A stretch of DNA of 64,000 bases from a virus (lineage: Duplodnaviria > Caudoviricetes), in IMG/VR virus record IMGVR_UViG_3300031555_002371, positions 1 to 64,000 of that record; one strand, written 5' to 3'. The notes under the pieces were generated by a model. It worked only from the letters and a program-made list of their open reading frames with translations. It was not told the DNA's origin and did no database searches. A program made the translations under genes and the position numbers. Below are positions 59,201 to 64,000 of this stretch, piece after piece. Positions within the stretch are counted from its first letter, which is position 1. Each line of letters starts with the position of its first letter.

Positions 59201-60775
59201 GAGAGAATATTTCTTTAATTCGCTCTTGAACTGCTCGTCTCCCATATCAAATAGTGTGACAATATCGATAGCATAATCAGTTGTATTAGACAATGATTTA
59301 TCTAACATTTGAGAAACATAATCTTCATAGTTTTCTACAATATTTACTAATATAACTGAACTACTGGCTGTATCTTTTTCATCATAATAATTTGTTACAA
59401 CAAAACTGCCTCTCCAAGTTTGGTCGGAATAAGAGCTACTAATAATTTTAACTTGATAACGATAATCAACTTGGGCTTTTGCCATAGCAAGAACAGCGCT
59501 ATCAACTGTTGACGAGGAAGCCGATGTTAATGAGTATACTGCAACCGGAGATATTCTCGTGGCTGTTAATCTTGATGCTTGTTCCAAAGCCGATGTTTCC
59601 ATTGTTTCCGCAGATGGCATAAGGCTGCTTTGTAATAACAACTTGAAATCGATTGTATTATAATATTCATTCATCAGAGCAGGGAAACCTACTATTGATG
59701 TTTTTAAATTACTCAAATCTGATTTATATGTCTTATATTTTGAAACCAGAGAGTTGTACGATGTTGTAAGGGTTGAACTCGGCATAACTGTATGAGAATT
59801 TTGATAATATTCAAACAATTCATCATAAGATTCGATTTTTTCAACAAGTTTGTTCGGCATATCTTTTTTCATAAAAGATGGGATATGCCATAAGTAGCCA
59901 CTACCATTTGGGTTGCAGTTTATAATTGTTGCATCCATCAAATCGTCGCCACTCTCTAATTTGAAACAATTTTTAACCGAATCTTCATTTGTTTCAAAAG
60001 ATACTTCATCTGTAAGATTATGCGTTGAAACAAAAATATTAGTATCATCACCATAGCCATTTACAACATCTTCACTACCACATTCTTCACAAACATCTTT
60101 AAACTCTCCACGCTTTTTACAAATCAAACAATAGCTGTTTAAATCATAAACAGTGATAGTCCTATTTGGTTTCCCGTTTTCATCAGAATGAATTGCATAA
60201 TCAAAATAACATCCAATTTCTTCTGCTATTTCTGACAACGCTTCATAAACTGTACTACCGTTAAAAGAGAATATTCTTTGAATATTTCTTAAACTTATAG
60301 GGACAGATTTAATACTATAATGCGGAGTTTTGTTTAACACTCTATTAAGCAAAGAACAAGATTCATCCGTAGAATCATAAAATACGGTTGGAGAATAATC
60401 ATCTCTTTTAATATCAATTTCTGTATTAATTTCAATTCCGTATATTTTCGTTTGCGCTAATTCGGCTTGAGCGAGAGATTTCGCCGTTATATTCTTTATA
60501 CAAACATTGCCATCACCAGTCTGCACATGAATTTCAAACCACAAATCAAATTCTTTTACCCATAGCAATTTGAAGTCTACAATCTTATCCCATATTTCCA
60601 ACCTTTTACCATTATTGGTTTTATAAACGGAGAACTCCATAGTCCACATAGAATTGAATTCTGCGTTTACCTTTAAATGATGGGCTGGTAAAGTTCCAAG
60701 TTTTGTACCATCTTTTTTTGCCAATACTAATGTAAGAGGTTTGGGGTTGTGTTGCGAATCCAAATTCAAATTCAT
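56264..60775 (-). CDS. Tail-associated / baseplate hub-spike protein with C-terminal intramolecular chaperone (peptidase S74-like)
   Basis: Follows Dit; C-terminal SDANLKNSI..GYITQDV..LRYNEFIA + coiled coil. Confidence 0.8.
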   Translation of the reverse strand: MNLNLDSQHNPKPLTLVLAKKDGTKLGTLPAHHLKVNAEFNSMWTMEFSVYKTNNGKRLEIWDKIVDFKLLWVKEFDLWFEIHVQTGDGNVCIKNITAKSLAQAELAQTKIYGIEINTEIDIKRDDYSPTVFYDSTDESCSLLNRVLNKTPHYSIKSVPISLRNIQRIFSFNGSTVYEALSEIAEEIGCYFDYAIHSDENGKPNRTITVYDLNSYCLICKKRGEFKDVCEECGSEDVVNGYGDDTNIFVSTHNLTDEVSFETNEDSVKNCFKLESGDDLMDATIINCNPNGSGYLWHIPSFMKKDMPNKLVEKIESYDELFEYYQNSHTVMPSSTLTTSYNSLVSKYKTYKSDLSNLKTSIVGFPALMNEYYNTIDFKLLLQSSLMPSAETMETSALEQASRLTATRISPVAVYSLTSASSSTVDSAVLAMAKAQVDYRYQVKIISSSYSDQTWRGSFVVTNYYDEKDTASSSVILVNIVENYEDYVSQMLDKSLSNTTDYAIDIVTLFDMGDEQFKSELKKYSLARLNAFYKSCEACLNILIERSAANRETWSSSDDNLYDNLYLPYRNKHSYIQEEISLRESEIALIGSVQSEINTFRGQIQDALNFEKYLGTDLWLMFIAYRREDTYSNSNYISDGLDNAELFNRAMDFIEVAKKELYKSANLQHSLTSTLKNLLVMKEFDGLTDKFELGNFIHVQCDESVYDVRLLSFSIDFDNLDDLSVTFSDVREDGTDIDDIDDVIGNLKSIVSSYDNVAHQAQQGNNSRKQLDDWTTNGLALTALKIINSADNQDYVFDEHGMLFRKYMPLSGTYGDEQLKIINSTIAITNDNWITVKTAVGSHYYIDPLTNELTYAYGINGETLIGKIILGEQLGIYNSGATLQFNKNGLIVTNDVTTFMLNPNTTDNILSIQVNNEDVLRVSKDGLYITGEVVATSGEIGGLKITNNKLQIGLSDVTNLSSAINEVERETKAYADGAVSSLRDTLEANYETKDVVSKAINEIQRSAEVYADKAVSSLRETIEADYSTNESLSEAISQVELNAKSYADGAVVELRETLEANYETKDVVSKAINEVERKVISDVNETLSYFQNNISATYSTKEALNSAMSNIEQEAKAYADGAIAKLKLTTSVNGNTASISMQATDSEGSTIDISADKITFGIPEKVSDLENDSGYQTPTGVVAIIEGKITADFVEGLDCEFDKGKIGGWAIDGTSLKSTNTNGCCGLYSGNTSQLLQYKKKSLLNTEGVSYSYVRFYAGASSNSNLGSSMFAVLDDGSLYANAAQITGTISGSLIEGSDVRTTSDHYTARLWNGALWFFEGGDTGDDISKNIAVYDGGGFEFTWYDGSSVGVVINENDNGCIAIMSGVWVDPNNDFIVGSDANLKNSIEQFDDRYNVVFDNLIPKRFKYNNGHSGRYHTGYITQDVQNALITGGVDEKEFGAICTFGRGTEQEWSGLRYNEFIALNTWQIQKLKARSATLEEKVEALEQKNKELREQLLNLLNQ
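57416..57890 (-). repeat. Coding tandem repeat of ~108 bp (36 aa), about 4-5 units
   Basis: AINEVERETKAYADGAVSSLRDTLEANYETKDVVSK-type units; long identical DNA stretches at ~57556-57608 and ~57772-57824. Confidence 0.8.
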
Positions 60776-60790
60776 AATATCACCTCCGCT

Positions 60791-61609
60791 TTAAAATGTT
60801 TCTTTGATAATTGGTGTATATATAATTGTCACCACACATGGCAAGGAAAAATTAAAATTATTCACTCTATTTTTAAGCGTATTCGTTAATTGTGGGAACA
60901 CATAATTAAATCTATCCCAAATATTGTTGGAAGAAGTCGAGGTAATCATAAGAATGTTTCCATCTATTGTGATTTCTTCTCCTTCTACGCAGTTTTGGAT
61001 AATAGTTTTTCTATCTAATGTGGAATTATAAATCTCCAAATTTCCTGTGCCGTTGCAAACGATATGTAATTTTGGGTAGATATCACCAATATCATCAGAC
61101 ACATCTTTTACCATAAAGTTTTTTGCCGTTGTCGTTCTTGTTACTGTAAATGAAAACTTCTCATCCGCTCCATAAGCGTAAGGTTTATCCGTTTCCATTG
61201 TCAACCGTAAACCGCAAACACGTTCGCCAACTTTAATTTTTTCTATATTAAAGCTTGCATTATAATAAAATGTATCTATATCATCATCGTCATATAGAAC
61301 TCGAAATTTGTGAAAGGTTCCTCTATTAAGCCAACGCATAATATCACGGCATTCATCAGATGTAAAATATATATCACCATCAAATGTTGCATCTGGGTCT
61401 TTACATATATCAAATGTTGCCGTAATGCATTCATCATATTGAATTCCAGAGAGGGAATTAGCTCTGCCAAAATTTCGCGTAATTTTATTAAATGTGATGG
61501 AAGAACCGGCACTGGCAAATACCGCTCCTGACGAACCATCAAAATCACAAACAATGCAATTATAATCGCTCAACGATTGTCCATCGTATTCAAAGTCTTT
61601 TGCGTACAT
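60791..61609 (-). CDS. Distal tail protein (Dit-like)
   Basis: Lies between tape measure and tail spike; DFEYDGQSLSD, TDKPYAY. Confidence 0.7.
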   Translation of the reverse strand: MYAKDFEYDGQSLSDYNCIVCDFDGSSGAVFASAGSSITFNKITRNFGRANSLSGIQYDECITATFDICKDPDATFDGDIYFTSDECRDIMRWLNRGTFHKFRVLYDDDDIDTFYYNASFNIEKIKVGERVCGLRLTMETDKPYAYGADEKFSFTVTRTTTAKNFMVKDVSDDIGDIYPKLHIVCNGTGNLEIYNSTLDRKTIIQNCVEGEEITIDGNILMITSTSSNNIWDRFNYVFPQLTNTLKNRVNNFNFSLPCVVTIIYTPIIKETF

Positions 61610-61636
61610 ACCAATACCTCCTTTCGCAATACGCAA

Positions 61637-61662
61637 AGAGAGATGACCGAAGCCATCTCTCT
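61637..61662 (-). terminator. Hairpin after the tape measure gene
   Basis: AGAGAGATG-ACCGAAGC-CATCTCTCT. Confidence 0.5.
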
Positions 61663-61665
61663 AAA

Positions 61666-64000
61666 TTATTTAGTCCATTGGTATTTATATTTATCAAGCG
61701 GACTTCCACCGTTTATTCTACCAATAGTCATTGCCTGAATCATTTTTTCAAACTTTCCATCTTTTTGAAGTTTAGTTACAAAATCATTGTAATCCTCAAC
61801 TTTCTCAATAGGAATAGTTATCTCGAAATGATTTTCAACATTTGTTTCACCATAGTTTGTAAGAATCTGCGCCAACTTCTCCCCAAAATTAGGAATATTA
61901 TTTCCGTAAGACATCGGAGCGAAAGAAGAATACAAAGGATTTCCAAAACTAACATTATCGGACGCTAATTGCGCGAGAATATCTCTTAACGCAATAAAGT
62001 TTTGAGTATCTTCGGAGTCAAGCACCATTTCAGGCTTGGTCTTTGTACCGTCCATCCATGCAAGACCCGTAAAATCTGCAAGACCACCTTCATTATAAGA
62101 ATTTAACTTATTAAAAAAAGCAGTGGTCATCTCTGAACGTTTATTTTTGTCTGCAAAGTTTACCCATCCACCATCTGTGGAGACAACATAAACAACACCA
62201 TCAAGTCCTGCGAGTGTTTTGGCAGGTGGCTTTGTACCACCAAATAGGTCGTTTAGTTTTCTTTCCGTTGTATCAGATACGGTATTATCTTCGGAATCAT
62301 ATGTTGCAACTTTAAAAGTTTGACCGTCAATTTTGACTTCACAATCATCCCATCCAACACTTGCATCGTTTAATCCAGATACAGAATAGTCTTGCGAGTT
62401 TAAAGTGCCAGTACGTTTTAAGGTACTCTCAAATTTTGGAATATTAATTCCGCCAGGGTTTGATGGAACTTTTGATTCAGTTGTGCCACTTCCACTCGGA
62501 GTGCTACCACTATCAGAACTACCAGTAGAATTGCTTTCATTTCCAGCGTTGACAAGTGCCTCAAGAGCAGAAACAATTATAGATAATGTGTTTTCAATTG
62601 TTGTAACACCAGAGCTTATCGTGTCATTATTTGTACTATAGTCTGAAACAACAGTTTTACACTCATCAACAACCGTCCAAATTGCATCCATCTTATCGGA
62701 CAAAGTAGTATCAACACTCCCCACGGCGGCTTCAAGAGTTTCCTTAATGTCTGACGCATTAGTATTGATAGCAGTAATGGAATCCTTAATTAATGTGCCT
62801 ACATTATCTAATCTGCGATTAAGAATTGACTCATAATCGTCATAAAGATTATCAAGCAACTTCTTTTGGTCTGCAATAAACTGGTCATATTCAGTTTTCT
62901 GAAGTTCTTCTTGTGCTTCCTCCAAATCGACCTTTAACTTTTGAATTTGTGCTTTTGCTTCTTCAGAAGTATCATTTTCATAGGCTATAATTTGCTTTTG
63001 CAAAGTGCCTATTTCTTCGGTGATATCAGAAACTTTATTTCGATAATCATATAAATCCTTGGTAGCATCAAGAGCGTCCTTGTATTTATTAATAAGATTG
63101 TCAAGGGCATCAAGTTCTGCTTCGATACCTTCTTTAACCAAATCAATCATTGCTTGTTTTTCATCCTCTGCGGCAAGCACAGATTCACGCTGCAATTCAA
63201 GCAATTCTTCTTTTCGGTCAATTAAAGTTTGATTTGCTGGATCGTTTGCCAAGTCAGACTCAATTTTTGCAAGTTCATCCGCATATCGCTGAGCTTGTTC
63301 CATATAAACATTATAGTTTACACCATGTAAGCCCATGGCGGCATTACCATATTCGGTTAGCTTGCCATTATCATCAACCATATCCCTGTTATCCAAGAGG
63401 TTAAGCAAGAATTCCGATTCATCGGTTATCTTTTTGATTTCTTCTTGAACATCATCGAACTTTTTCCATTCGAGGTCTCGAATTTTATCTTTCACATTGG
63501 AGAGGGAATTAGCGAGAGCAACCATTTGGGCAATCTGCGCCTCGGTTGCGCCATTAGCCGCGAGAGTTGCTCCATATTCGGCTATGAGTTCATCTACGAG
63601 GCGATCAACTTCATCAGCAGCAATCGCAATTTTACCGCTTGAGAAGTCAAACAAGTTTGCATAATCTTTATTGAGTTTGATTAATTCATTATAAGTTTCT
63701 ACGGAAACAGAGCCGGTATTATTGTACTCGTCGGTTGCGGATTTGAGTTTGCCAATAGTGTTTTGATATGAATTAATTACTTTAGTTAGCGTATCAATGC
63801 CGCTCGTTGATTCTTCAATTTGCTTATTCAACTCATTGTAATATGTTGGGAACTGTGTCGCCATCATATTGTCAATCAAAGTCTGGACATTGTCGCTTGT
63901 TGCCGTTCCGTCAAGCAATAACTGTTTAATATCTTCATTTGCAGCAAGATTATCAATCAACTTTTGTTGATATGCCAAATAAGAATCAACAGAGTCAACA
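61666..64000 (-). CDS. Tape measure protein, C-terminal part (runs off the window)
   Basis: Long coiled coil; GGLADFTGLAWMDGTKTKPEMVL motif; frame is open to the window edge. Confidence 0.8.
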   Translation of the reverse strand, partial: VDSVDSYLAYQQKLIDNLAANEDIKQLLLDGTATSDNVQTLIDNMMATQFPTYYNELNKQIEESTSGIDTLTKVINSYQNTIGKLKSATDEYNNTGSVSVETYNELIKLNKDYANLFDFSSGKIAIAADEVDRLVDELIAEYGATLAANGATEAQIAQMVALANSLSNVKDKIRDLEWKKFDDVQEEIKKITDESEFLLNLLDNRDMVDDNGKLTEYGNAAMGLHGVNYNVYMEQAQRYADELAKIESDLANDPANQTLIDRKEELLELQRESVLAAEDEKQAMIDLVKEGIEAELDALDNLINKYKDALDATKDLYDYRNKVSDITEEIGTLQKQIIAYENDTSEEAKAQIQKLKVDLEEAQEELQKTEYDQFIADQKKLLDNLYDDYESILNRRLDNVGTLIKDSITAINTNASDIKETLEAAVGSVDTTLSDKMDAIWTVVDECKTVVSDYSTNNDTISSGVTTIENTLSIIVSALEALVNAGNESNSTGSSDSGSTPSGSGTTESKVPSNPGGINIPKFESTLKRTGTLNSQDYSVSGLNDASVGWDDCEVKIDGQTFKVATYDSEDNTVSDTTERKLNDLFGGTKPPAKTLAGLDGVVYVVSTDGGWVNFADKNKRSEMTTAFFNKLNSYNEGGLADFTGLAWMDGTKTKPEMVLDSEDTQNFIALRDILAQLASDNVSFGNPLYSSFAPMSYGNNIPNFGEKLAQILTNYGETNVENHFEITIPIEKVEDYNDFVTKLQKDGKFEKMIQAMTIGRINGGSPLDKYKYQWTK

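Noticed and set aside
1-64000. Stop-codon reassignment as the cause of split genes
   Set aside because: Genes are full length in the standard code; the splits are frame changes at homopolymers, not in-frame stops

Overview
64 kb of a large, AT-rich temperate phage of a Firmicutes host (probably Clostridia). It appears to be in the excised (attP) form, since phage genes and integrase arm-type repeats lie on both sides of the att core. 1-37.5 kb (+ strand) is an early/middle region. It holds a DNA-modification block (C5, N6, N4/N6 and MT-A70 methyltransferases, a PAPS-reductase-family gene, metK), an ImmR/ImmA-like repressor-protease switch, and a tRNA/RNA-repair set (Pol-beta nucleotidyltransferase, CCA enzyme, RNA ligase, kinase-HD). 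It also holds a replisome (Sak, SSB, DnaB, primase, DnaE), a macrodomain plus WGR-PARP pair, and nucleotide metabolism genes (ThyX-like, gmk, nrdDG, dut). 37.6-39.5 kb: excisionase, tyrosine integrase and an attP carrying the 3' end of lysS. 39.8-43 kb: two accessory toxin-antitoxin-like cassettes. 43.3-64 kb (- strand): siphovirus tail module. The most striking signal is that four of the five complete candidate DNA-modification genes look reversibly switched OFF. One is controlled by a ~150 bp invertible segment whose flip would give the C5 methyltransferase an in-frame ATG; it belongs to a family of recombination-site-like repeats. The other three carry single-base frameshifts in G/C homopolymers. 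All functional calls come from motif recognition by eye; no database searches were run.
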